A stretch of DNA of 61,756 nucleotides, counting the filler, from Choristocarpus tenellus KU-1152 (Eukaryota > Protista > Phaeophyceae), in the NCBI GenBank assembly GCA_964200185.2. It is 11 parts of 11 records of this genome, joined end to end, with 100 filler letters (N's around TTAATTAATTAA, not from the genome) between each part and the next. Parts side by side here need not be neighbours in the genome. Positions count along the whole stretch, not along the records: positions 22,161 to 27,628 come from CAXNAD020010690.1; positions 27,729 to 31,288 come from CAXNAD020019268.1; positions 31,389 to 34,955 come from CAXNAD020019216.1; 8 more parts are not named here. One strand, written 5' to 3'. Made by a program: the position numbers and the translations under genes. The notes beneath the pieces are model-generated. The model was given only the letters and a program-made list of their open reading frames with translations, searched no databases and was not told the DNA's origin. Below, in pieces: positions 22,579-35,055 of this stretch. Positions within the stretch are counted from its first letter, which is position 1. Each line of letters opens with the position of its first letter.

Positions 22579-25118
22579 TGGTGAGCCCTGTCCCCACCAT
22601 GGGTAGACATTTTCACCACAAACGTTGTTGGTGGTTAACTAGTCTATAAATTACCCACCACAAGCAGAGCAGGGCATGTTTAGGAACCATAAACAGAATT
22701 GAAGGACACAAGATAGTGGAATGAAGTAAGATCTGTATCATGGACCTTTTCTTCCGTGCAACCCTTTACAATAAACTGCATCCTCTCAAGGAATACTTCC
22801 AGTCTTGATATGCTGTAGAATAAATATAATACTCTGTCTACTGATGGAAAACACTCTGCATCTACATTGAATTACAATTAGCTAGGCGCGGTGCAGTAAG
22901 CCATTGCAACATTGAATTGTCCTCCCGTCGCTTTCCCTGGCTCAAAGCCCTCACAACACCAACCAATTTGCAACAACTCCAAGGTAGGTAAGGTACAGTA
23001 CAGTGCATTGCAGCATATTTCATTTTATATATTTTAAAGAGAATCAGACTTTGGCCGAAAAATCTGAAAACCATCAAAATAGACTAAAATATTTGAAAAA
23101 TATATATAGTTAGGTAATAAAGTTCGCTTGGAGTCCTCTCTTCTACTTACATGAAAAAAATAAAACAAATGTTGAAGCAAAACATTCACCACCACACGCT
23201 GAGGTGGCTCAATCCATTCCCCCCCACCCCCACCCACTTTGCCTTGCCTTGTCTCCAACCTCTTCCACTATTTCTTCATTGACCTCAATAGCCTTAGCCA
23301 CCATTTCCTCTGCCTCCCCCTCCTCCCCCGTGCTATCTTCGGCCTCAGTGTCACCTTCCTCAACAGCGACACCAACCACCTTATCCAACTCTGAGCCCTT
23401 CCCACGGTGGGTCTTAATGAAGGCCACCACCTTTCTCACACCAACATAGCTCAATCCTGCAATCTTTAAATGTTCAAAAAACACACACAAAGAAAGAGTT
23501 ATGTATGCAGAGGGGGAGGAGGGGGAGTCATATTCAGTAGTATCTAGCCTGGTGCAGGGTTTAACAGTGGTGTACAACCACGTGTGAGAATGTGAGAACA
23601 TGCAAGGATGGAAAACACTTTCTTCCAATTTTTTTGTAATCACCTCTGGGTATTCCCTGCCAAGCAGTTCCTCTCCTTTTTAGGCACACTGACAGATACC
23701 TCTTCTTAGCACACAACTCACTCCCCCTTCTGAGCACAATCCATATTTTTTAAACACTATTCTACACTTTGTACTAGAGTCAAGGGGGAAAAAATGTCGA
23801 TCAGTTATGCAAAGAGCACCAAACAGACCTGTTGACATTTTGCAATCACAACATAACAAAGAAAAAGATACCACAGAGCATGAGAGGAGTGGCGGTGGGG
23901 GTTTAATCAGAAGCCTAAAATGAATCTTCAAGCTGATAGAATATGAACACATGCCCTATGCCTACCATACACAAGTTCCCTTAAGGTATACTAATTTCAG
24001 CTCCATGCTGACTGTTTTACAAAACCCTGCACGTCAGAAGAGGGGAATGAAGCCTGCACTAATGCACTGTGGATATTTGTGCAGCATTGTTGAAATAGGT
24101 GAAGACAACCACTCCAGTGCTTAATACCAGCTGGCAAAGACTCATCAGCTCAAAAGTAGAAATAGTTGAGGTTGTACTACTGCAATGGAAGAACAGATAG
24201 TTTGCAGGTAGGTGTATGTTCTCCAACCTCATTTTTTTCATTGATGTGATTTAATCAAATGAGCACATTGAGTACAAAAGTAGCCTCCAGCAACCAGCAA
24301 CCATTTGTGGATACATGGAAGCAATAGCATTTAGCTTTGATATAGTGGACCCCTTGCACCGTGTATTACCTATCAGAAGAGTTGTCTGCATCTATCGCAA
24401 TAGGTGTACGTCTAACATAGTATCTACAGAGTACCAATAATAAATCAATTCTATTTCATCTCTTCTGCAACAAAGGGTGTAGGTAGAAAACTAAGTCGAC
24501 CTGATGGACGAATGTAAAAAATTCGAAAAAAACAACTTTTTAATGCGGGCTATTGCATGAAGGCAGGGATGTTGAGGTCTTTTCAACTCTGGATCAACAC
24601 CCCTCACACTACTTACTATCCCATTCTACCCCTCAAGTAAAGTTCCCTTGTATCCTGGTTGAGATCAGAGGGATCTACCTTCACGGTGGTTTGAAGAGAT
24701 CACTTCACAGCAAACCTTGACGTTCATAGGGGAGGTAAGGGCGGAAGAAGGCAAAAACCAGTGGGCTTTAACCTTTCCAACAGCGAGAAAGTGTTATGTC
24801 CGTGGTCTAAACTCACAGCACCAGTTTCATTATTCCTGTCGACTATCTTAAACACGAGATATCAGTCACATACGTCAACTTATCTTTCGCATGAGATAAA
24901 ACACCGTTACCATTCCACAACCAAGGCCAACTTGATAAGGTGACTTTAAGTGTGTGTTCACCTTCCTACAACCCAATCCTCCCTTGAACTCAACCACTGA
25001 ATGGCGATCCCTTTCCTCCATTCGAGGATGCATCTCTTCATTTTTCAGGAGCTGTGAATGAGGTCATTTCTTCAACTTTGTCATCATCCCTCAATCCCTC
25101 ATTCCTAGTACTACTTAC

Positions 25119-25684
25119 CAAGCCAATACTCCCCAGTTTGCGAGCGAGTTGAATCGGACTGCCTGGCTCAAGCCCTAGAGACGATGCATCCGAAAGCTCT
25201 GCATCAGACTCATTGAAGGCGACCTCCACCCCCTCTGCACGGTTTTCAAACAACTGCGAAGCATCTTGAGCTGCCTCTTCTTTGGCCTTGTCTTCGGCCT
25301 CCTTAGCCTCCCTAGCCCTCTCCTCCGCTTGCCTTCGTGGGTAAGGAATTTCACATAGTTACAATGATACACAGAGAATACGAGCGAAAAAATTGAGAGA
25401 GAGTCGAGTATAAATGTCTCTGGAGTCGCAAAAGGGTTGCTGTAGCATCGACTAAGTTTGAGCCCATCATATAGACGATCGCACATGAACCTGCCTTACT
25501 TTGACAGTGCTTTCCAATCTCGTTTAGGTCTGTCCCTCCCATAGAGTTGCGCAACCGCAGGCATTGAAGAACGGGAAGGTCTTCCAGTTATCCATGCATC
25601 TGCGTCTCCTTGGTGGACATGCTGGCCCAGAAGAAGCCCCAAGCACAAGGCCGCCTTCGCCACCCTGGGTCTAAAGTTTTCCAT
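25119..25684 (-). CDS. Unknown protein with bipartite (signal plus transit) plastid-targeting-like N-terminus; exons 25684-25500 and 25332-25119, later exons unresolved
   Basis: Hydrophobic AALCLGLLLG, then ADA|W and an R/S-rich stretch; phase-2 junction K|QAEERAREAKEAEDKAKEE; strong GTAAGG and GTAAGT donors. Confidence 0.65.
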
Positions 25685-25982
25685 GTCAGGGCCTTAGCTC
25701 CTGGACGATAGGAGCGTTGTGTGTAATAAGAGGTACTGCGCTGAAAGTGGAGGGTATACAGGCGGGTCCACCCCCCTTCGAAGCCTGTATTCGCTCAACG
25801 TCGTTTGCTGTCCGCCACTTGTCTTTTACTGACCGCAAAGTAAAGGTGTTGAACACGAGATAGATAAAGAAGAACAATCTTCAAATTTTTGTTTTACGAC
25901 TGACAAGAACAGCGAATAGTAACATCAAAAAATGTAAAACAATCAACTAATTTGACATTGTTACAACCTCAACACCTTCACA

Positions 25983-26048
25983 ATGGAAAGTCTTGAGCGC
26001 CTTGGTAAGGAAGCGGAAAGTTCTCTGGATGAGCTAGCTACGCACGGG
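25983..26048 (+). CDS. Candidate first exon of a divergent unknown gene (MESLERLGKEAESSLDELATHG)
   Basis: ACAATGG start context, GTAGGG donor, 298 bp head-to-head from the previous ATG; no homology recognised. Confidence 0.35.
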
Positions 26049-27963
26049 GTAGGGGAGAGAGAGATAGGAGGCTACAGGAGAAAGGGGGCTGCCAAATCCC
26101 ATCTAGTTTCTCTCACAACGTAACTAGCCCTATCTAGACGTGTCATGCGTTTAAAGCTGGAGACACCTGTTAAATTCTTGGGATGCTTCCGTAGCTCCTC
26201 ACCCTGGGGTGCAGGACTAAGCTAGGTTGGTAGCACAGGAAGGCAGTGGTGCAGCATAGCTGGTAGTAAAATAGTAAATAGATTAATGTCTTTCACATTT
26301 ACAACTGATACTTTTTGTACGGGTTTTTCTGACATGTATGTGAACAGTTTTCGTTTGATTTTTCCCTACACACATCACCAAAATGTCGGAGGGCATAATA
26401 ATAAAAATACAACTATTGTATTATTAACACTACTAGGTAGTACCAATTGTTATACAATCATCGCGCGTCAAACAATCACCACGCAAAATATCCAAACAAC
26501 ACCGAATCCAATCCCCATTCCAGTTAAAGTTCCAGATCCAACTTTGGGAAATAAGATACGTTCGCTCCACCCTCCACCTCAAAGTATCATCATTGGAATA
26601 ATGTCTCCACTAGAACTTCTGCGTCTGCCTCCCTCGTCAAAACCCCCACCCCTTGATCTCTTTCTCAAACTGGTCCTCAATGTCCAGCAGGTTTTGAACC
26701 TCTTGCTCCGTTGCCCAAGTGGCTTTCTCTCTCTTCCCCATTCATTGTGCAGGTCTCACCCATGTCAGTCAACCCAACTTGAGTCTCTTCCTTCTCTTAG
26801 ATAAGGATTTCCTCACTCTTTCTCTCCACCACCCCGGCTTGATCTGCTTCAAGCCCATCCAGGTTTGCCCCACTGTTAAGGTCGTAGTCCACCCCCTATA
26901 TGCTTCGCCTTGTTGTCACAAGGGTCTCCACTGCTCGCACTGCCACATTCATTTCGACCAGGTCCACAGACAATCTGATCCTTCACATGCACCCTCTATC
27001 AATTGTGGGACTCTCTTTTTAGCTGATCTTGCCCTCACCACCACCACGGCAACCTTTCTCTTGACCCTCTTCAAGTAAGGAGTAGACAGGGCCAAAAACT
27101 GCATGTCCACAAGAAATCTGGACCATGTTGTGAGAAGCCACGAAGTTGCTGACTATGGGCACCACTTCCAGTTTTCGAACTGGCTCAGAGGTCAGGACGA
27201 CAAGCTCCTGACTGTTGAATAACCTAATGTTATCCTTATGCCATTTGTGCTGATCCAAGTAAATAATATAGCTTGTATGTATGTTGATCTTTAGTTCGGT
27301 ATAATACTAAGTAGTGACGTGCACAACAGTACGTTATGGTGGACCAATGGGACATTACAAGTGGCATAATGGGACAATAGCAGTAATATGGTTATGGGAC
27401 GCAACCTCAGGAACCAGCATGCCAGATCCCCCCTCAGGAATTCAAGCTCACAGTCAGCAGATCCCTAAGGAGAGAGGAGGCCCTATCAAACAGGTGCCCA
27501 GTGGCAGGGTGCAGGAGGCAAAATTTCGATATCAGACATGCCCGCACCTGCCCCAGGGCAGGGAGACAGGTACGACAACACACCCCCATGGTCAAACGTC
27601 TTAGCCAACTATACAAGGGGATGGGCACNNNNNNNNNNNNNNNNNNNNNNNNNNNNNNNNNNNNNNNNNNNNTTAATTAATTAANNNNNNNNNNNNNNNN
27701 NNNNNNNNNNNNNNNNNNNNNNNNNNNNAATAAAAACAGAAAGAATAGTTAAGGAAAATGAGTGGTAGGTGGAAACAAAGGAAGACAGTCAGAAAAATAA
27801 GGGGTACGAGATAAGGAGGGAAGAACAAGGCAACCCCCGAGCAAGCTTCTCGCCGGAGTGGATCAAGACATAACCTGAACAATCTTTCCGAAAGATGTAA
27901 GGGAGAAAGGTCCGAGGGAAGGGGCGGAGATGCTTGAGAAACGGATACGGAAATGGTAAGAGA

Positions 27964-28222
27964 GAGTGAAAGTATCTTAGAGGGTACGAGTTTTTCCCTG
28001 TTTGTCCATTTGGGGCTTGGCTTCCCATGGGTTTTTAATGACATTTTACCTACTCAAAAATGTTTCGGAGTAGGTCAAATGTGTATGGTATGAAAAGGTT
28101 TGTCCGGAACAAGCATGTTGACATTTCCTAACAAACCTGATAGCAAAAATGTAATCAAAATTGCAAAATTGGATTTTGACCCCCAATTGGACACGGCTCT
28201 ACCCTCTAAGATACTTTGACTC
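27964..28222. mobile_element. MITE (259 bp) with TIR GAGT(G/C)AAAGTATCTTAGAGGGTA
   Basis: About 23-bp terminal inverted repeats; internal hairpin ACATTTTACCTACTC/GAGTAGGTCAAATGT; same family as 37583-38039 in the opposite orientation. No TSD visible. Confidence 0.85.
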
Positions 28223-30654
28223 CTGTGCCAATGCCTCCCCACAGAAGATTTCATCACAACGTAAGTGGGAAGAACTGGCTCTATACTAAATGCAGCAGGC
28301 TCGCAGTGCTGAGAGATTGATGCTGTCAAGTTAATAGATGGGTGGTGCTATTACTTACCCTCAGTTCAGGGGAGGATGACTCTAGGCTACATGGCATTGA
28401 GGACTGGTTTTATTGTTGACTATCGGTCTTCAAATGTTATATATGTGACGTGTGATGTGAGAGCTGTCTCTATGTGAAATCCCTTCGCCCCATTCCTAAT
28501 GGTATCATTAAATGAACTTGAAAAAGACATGGTGTCAACACCCATGCCCCCACAGGATAAAAAGATCTACCTGTCAACAGAGGCCAACAGTAGTTGTTGC
28601 TACACGGGGCCGGATTATGTAAGGGTTTGTTTATGGCATACTTTGTGGAACGAGGGCTTATTTGATCGGATGGAGACCTAGCCACTAAATTAAGGTGAGG
28701 GACTGAGGGGCAGTGTTGTTTCTCTCACCACTTGTTTTGACTTGTATTAGAGGTGCTACAATTGAAGTAGCTCACACCTATCCACACCGTTCAAGGTTAG
28801 ATATCACTTGTCGTGAATTGTTGATGGCGTATCGCACAAGCATTTTTTTTTTTCTGTTGTGAGTACCAGACTCAAACATGCTAATGATGGCTTAACACGT
28901 TGTTGATCAAACTCTTCAAACACTTATTTGCAGATACGTACTAAAGGACTTAAGAGATGTGGAGAGGCGGAAGAGTGGCACATGACAGGTCGATTTGGTG
29001 GTTTCACAGATATTTACATGCTGAAGTTGTTGGCTTAATTTATTATCATTCCCTTCTTTTTTCTCAACTAAATCGCAATTTAAAAAAAAAAGTGAAGGAC
29101 CCAGCAATACGTGCACTGCAGCTCTTCGTGCCACATTTTCAGTCTGTGCTATTGGGCATTGAAGCCACTCCACCATCTAAACTTGGTGTGTGAACTCAAT
29201 CTGTCAAACAGGACACCTAGAAAGATACGGAATCTGATATTAGTTTCTCATGTGGAGGGGGTGGTGATAAGTGCTATCTTAAGTCTATTCGCAGGTGGAT
29301 CTAGATGTTGAAAAGTAAGATATTTCATCACTTCCAAGTCAGTTACAAAACCTGGCAATAATTTGTTATCATATTTAAATGCTTGGTATATCTACAGTCC
29401 TGCCACTGTTTGAGTTTCAGCTGATTTCCTTTCAGATTAAATCAATTCATAACTAGGTACAGGCTGCAGGTCCCATGATCTTTGACCCATTGTTCGTAAC
29501 ATGATATCACTGTTGCTATTCTATATTTATTCTATTTTTATTCCTCAAGAAGGATGATTTTATACCACCTGTGATATATGTGCTTGTTTTCTTCTCACAT
29601 TTGCCACTGTCAAACTAGTACACCAAATCAGCCACCAAATCCAACAGCAAACCCCCAGCACAAAACAAGGTTCACCTTTGGCAGCTTACACAACTAGGGG
29701 AAGTCCTAGTTGTTCACCAGATGAGACAGAGTTGCTCCGCACATGGAGAAGAGTGTGATCTCAAATCCATGCTGATAAATCTTGTGTTGGGCTAGTTGAA
29801 GGTGCCGACACGGAGCCTGATCCCCATTAAGTAGATGAGCTGCACACAAATCCGCCTGGGCTCTGACTTTTTTTTTCCCCCCACCAATGAGGGGCGCACC
29901 ACACAGTATCAAGTATATGAAACATCCCAGAAGTGCCACTCAGACACATTGATGGTGATGGTGGCGGTGGTGGGGGGGGTTGGTTGAGCTGGATGAAAGC
30001 GAATTAACTCAGACAGCATCCCTATAACCCAAAAAATACCTTGAGCGTTTTTTTGGGATGAATGTGTGCCTGTGTGAGTGAGTGGACATTGCTCAATTTA
30101 TACTACGCACGTCCATGATTTGTCCCCACTAATAATCACAATACTTTTTTTTCTTTTTTTTATAGTTTTTTTTGTCAATTGTTTCTAATGTAGCTTTGTG
30201 AGAAGAGAGGACTGACTTCCTGATTGGTCAATGGCACCGTATATTGACAAGGGGAGGGATGATATCTATAGGTGAGCGGGGAAACTCATGCCAGGAATTA
30301 TTATATTTTTTAATTCTTAGGACGAAATCCTCGCAGTGTTTCATAATAAAGTCTAGATCGGAAAGAAGTTAATGTCAAGTGTCAGGTCTTACCAGGGGAT
30401 GTAATGCTCTTGGTGTCCCCATCATTTGTGGACCACAACTGAGCTTGCAAGGTTGGATCATGGTGTCATTGACCCTTGGATGACAACTTGATACATCCAA
30501 TATCGAAGGACTTGACCCTGACGTACTGCACAGAGTATGTCCTTACAGAAGGATGGAGGAGATAGATCCAGCTGTTTGCTGCTTTTCACATGCTGAATAA
30601 TGTAATTGAAAATATCAACTTAGACAGGAACATTTCCTGTGTGCATTTACAATA

Positions 30655-30696
<42 letters not shown>

Positions 30697-30727
30697 CACG
30701 CACGCGCTTGTGTTTATCCCTCCACAG

Positions 30728-30833
30728 AACGGAGAGCACCCAAAGCGATCCATGCTGCAAGAGAAAATTGAAAGGGGAAACCTTGCATACAATTACTTGG
30801 CAAGAAAAAAAAGGCTTTCTTGTCTTCTAACAG
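30728..30833 (+). CDS. Candidate internal exon of an unknown gene
   Basis: CCCTCCACAG acceptor, GTGAGT donor, open frame NGEHPKRSMLQEKIERGNLAYNYLARKKRLSCLLT. Confidence 0.35.
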
Positions 30834-31524
30834 GTGAGTATCTTGGGAAACCTTGATCTTAATGGGATGTAGGGTGGTATGCCCAATAGTTTAAGCACTT
30901 CCTAAGGATTACACTTCCAGAGCTGTACGTAAAGGAATTCGTACTAGTCTGATTGAAACACCCATTTCCACTAGGATAGTATCAACAAGCTCGTTCCCAT
31001 CGATCCATACTCCACCGCACTTGGACACTGTTATTCTGCATTTGGTTTTTAACGTGCAAATGGGATTGTGTTTTCTGCAAAGCTAGCAAGAGAAGAGTAG
31101 GATGACATGATCGATGACATGTGTAGTTTTAATGCCCACAATTTAAAGAACAAATGCAACTACATACTCTTGTGTTTTGGTCTTGCATTTGATCAACTTG
31201 GCACCCAATGGTCACGGCACCCAACATGGTGAATAAGTTTTCCCCTTGGATGCCATGGGCGTATGTTTGGGCTCAAAGTATCTGGGGGNNNNNNNNNNNN
31301 NNNNNNNNNNNNNNNNNNNNNNNNNNNNNNNNTTAATTAATTAANNNNNNNNNNNNNNNNNNNNNNNNNNNNNNNNNNNNNNNNNNNNAAAAGAATCCCC
31401 TTTGACCCCCCACCCCACCCCACCCAGGCCCCCGGAAAATCTCCCCACCTCCCCCCCCCCCCCCCCCCCCCCCCCCCCCACTCCCCACTCAGACCTCAGC
31501 CTTTGCTCTCCTCAGCCCCCCTAC

Positions 31525-31741
31525 CTCTTCAGCACATCCACTTGTTCTGCCTCTGAGCCCTGCATGAGCTCAAACGCATAGTATGCTGCCCAGGCATCGC
31601 CAGCATCTGGGTCTAATGTGACAGCCCGATTGAACCACTTTCTAGCCTTGGGATACTTGCGATCTGACCAGAACCGGCGAGCCACTGCCGCGATGACACT
31701 GGGGTTATTGTCACACCTCTTGAGAGCCTCCAGGGACTTGC
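31525..31741 (-). CDS. PRPF6: Pre-mRNA splicing factor PRP6 (U5-102K), C-terminal HAT-repeat exon
   Basis: KSLEALKRCDNNPSVIAAVARRFWSDRKYPKARKWFNRAVTLDPDAGDAWAAYYAFELMQGSEAEQVDVLKR matches the PRP6 C-terminus; AG/GT borders. Confidence 0.93.
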
Positions 31742-32760
31742 CTATAGCACATACAGTCAAACACACACACACACACACACACACACGAACAGATGAAAGC
31801 ACAAAGACATCACATTATTATTATTTTTTATTTTTCAATTACTGCAGAAGATACCTACCACCTCACCCACCCTCTTCCAGCGATCGCACGTAACAAGCAG
31901 ATGTCAACATCGAAGCTGTCACCAGCACAGAACACATGCGGCGAACCAGAACGCTCTCACAGTAACAAAATAAAACAAAAAAAAGAGTCACCTCTACGCG
32001 GGTTGCCTGGCCTGCTCACAGTGAGCGATTGAATGAGTGCACATTCAACAGAGGGGTGAGAGAGGTGTGAGAATCGATTGGAGTGACCTCTAGAACACAC
32101 ATTAAAGAGTCAACGGCACCGGGATCAAGAGGCGTCTGGCGTGCACCCCATCTCCCACTATGCACATGCATGATTCAGAGCATACCGCAAACGGTGACAT
32201 CGAGGCTATGCTCACTCTCTGCACCCTTCCCCACGCGTCACCGTAGCTCCTACCAGACACATCCCCTGCCTTCCAATGTCAAGGTTTGCGCTAGGGTACT
32301 TATGTGTGATAAAACACAAGCGTGTATATGATACCAGAAGTCCTTCAAGGCTGTTGACACGTTCATGACTTGATGTGCGCTTTACTATAACTGCAGTAGA
32401 AGCACAGATTTAGAACACCACACGTAGAGAACACTTTTGGATATGACGTTCTGCACTCACACTTTATATTGGACAATACCTTAAGGCACAACAGTCTCTT
32501 TTATGACACAGAGCTTCAGTTACCTCACAACATGGAGGGGTGGCTCACCACCTCAACCGGCGGACAACCATCACGCCTTACACAAACAAGAAAAACTGAA
32601 AGACAATTCAATCGCCCTTTTTAAGGACCATGGTCGACTTCACATCCACAAATGCATCCGCATAATTTTTATTTTTTTAAAAATGCATCTAATGTAGAAC
32701 AATAAAATATCATAGAACAGTTGTGTCACATCAACACAACTCACGGGACACTAAATAGCA

Positions 32761-32794
32761 ACCAGACATACCAGACATACCAGACATACCAGAC
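32761..32794. repeat. 9-bp tandem repeat (ACCAGACAT) x3.8
   Basis: Direct reading of the sequence. Confidence 0.9.
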
Positions 32795-33083
32795 CAACAT
32801 CACACAAAAAGTGCAGAGCTGGTTGGAGCCGCCACGAGATGACAAGCAGAGGCATGTGATGCTGAGAGATTCAAAAATGACACTGAGTCAGGGTCGGTGA
32901 GAGTTGGCCGTAGAACTACCCACTTGGGTTTCAACTTTAAAAAAAAGTTGTAATGAGTCATTGGCACTTACGTGCAAACGCACGAGCATGTTGCTCGCAG
33001 CGCCTTCATACCCAAAACTTCACGACCACCTAACTATCACAGAAAAAAAACAAACACGTTTTGGCCGGATGGGGTTTCCTTTA

Positions 33084-33202
33084 ACTGACTCCATCAGGGT
33101 ACTGACTCCATCAGGGTACTGACTCCATCAGGGTACTGACTCCATCAGGGTACTGACTCCATCAGGGTACTGACTCCATCAGGGTACTGAATCCATCAGG
33201 GT
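33084..33202. repeat. 17-bp minisatellite (ACTGACTCCATCAGGGT) x7
   Basis: Six perfect units plus one with a single mismatch; no spacers. Confidence 0.97.
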
Positions 33203-35055
33203 ACCAAATATTAAATTGTCAGCATCGAAGAAGTGGAATTTGAAAGGGAGCAATAATGATATACACTGTAATTGGCATATATTCAACACTGGAGGTATAC
33301 CTGACAACGTCTGCCGATTTCTCAATATCAGATGGGTGGGAATCTCCGATTCGACCTCTAAATCATTGACCCAAAGATTTCTTGGCTATATTTGGCACTA
33401 CAGAATCCATACATAACCTTGCCGAATAATGACTTGAAGATCACCAGGTGTGTCCTGCGGAACTAATGGTACCAGCAAAGTACAATATAATCCTGTCCAC
33501 ATCATACATTTGAGACACGAGGGAGGGAGGGTTCAAATACCTACAAATAACAAAGAGCATCATTCAGGCAGGTTATGAATACGCTGCTTAGACAGTTTCT
33601 TACTCAACTGTACCTTGGAAATGTCGGAAACACTGTATCAATACCATTCAAGTATTTAACAGCAATTGCTACAGTACAATACTCTGCACACCAGAAAAAT
33701 CCCAGAAACATCCTAAAAAAAACACACTGGTAATCAATATCATATCTTACTGCTGCAAAAAATGCCAGAAATGTGGTGGAAAGTGTAAAAGAAATTGCAC
33801 CATTCTATCGCTGTCCAAAACTACAACTTTCTGCACGAACACCATATACTGTACTACAGTCCAAATCCAGTCCAAATCCATACAGATTTAAAAAATAAAT
33901 AAATATATATATATATATATATATTACTTTTATGCCAATTGCGAACACCACAATAATATTTTGGCACTTCTAGTAGCGGTAAAGGAGTCCTTTTCCAGTA
34001 TGCATCTTGGAGTTTCGAATCCCTTCTACGCCAGGGTTTATTTCACGGACAACAGGTTTCAACCTTCCAAAGTCCACACATCAAGTACTAGATATGTCAT
34101 ACCTATACTAATCCTATCTGTGTCCTTATACACACAAAAATGGATAACCAACAAGGTGGTATTCTTACCACCAGTGGAGACTTCTTTTCTTTTTCCCCCA
34201 CTCCCTGTAAACCACATTCTATACATATTATGTAATAATGCCATCAGGAACAAACCTAACAACCAATCGTATATACTCACATTCTATACATTTTATGTAA
34301 TGATGTCATCAAGAACCAACCTAACAACCAATTGTATATAAATTCTGATTTTCTAATAACAGAGACATCAACATTATAGTCTCTTGCATGATGTTACAGT
34401 AGTTCACATTGGCAGGGACCTTAGAGATGGAGTTGAGTGAGTTGTCAGCCAACACGTACACATTACCTAAGTGAACACAAACCACAGCCTGAGATTCAAG
34501 CCCAAACCAAAAATGGTTCAAACTAAAATGGATGGATTGAGATTGATTAAATAATTTCCAACTCCTACCTTGATACAGATTTTTAACCGACACAACCCGT
34601 CAACATCCCTCTAAATCCCTCCCAAACTGTCATCACATCAAAACGCCCTCCCCTCAACAACCACTCCCCTACAAGGAACAAGAAAAAATCACCTCCCTCA
34701 GAGCTGAGACTGTTCCCCACAACACCAAATTCATTCAAAGTGCTTTTGTTCAAAATCACTGATCTTTCCAACACTTAAAAAAAATCGGGACAGGACACCA
34801 AACACACCTCTCCCCCACCCCCCCCCCCAAAAAATAAATAAATGACAATTTCTTTCTCAGAAAAAAATTATAATTCATCAAGAACGGACCCCACAATCTA
34901 ACCCCCCAACGTTAATTAACCCTAACCCCTCCCCCCTCCTAAACCCTCCCCCCCCNNNNNNNNNNNNNNNNNNNNNNNNNNNNNNNNNNNNNNNNNNNNT
35001 TAATTAATTAANNNNNNNNNNNNNNNNNNNNNNNNNNNNNNNNNNNNNNNNNNNN

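Noticed and set aside
33084-33202. CRISPR-like array
   Set aside because: Units are contiguous with no spacers, there are no cas genes, and the context is eukaryotic.
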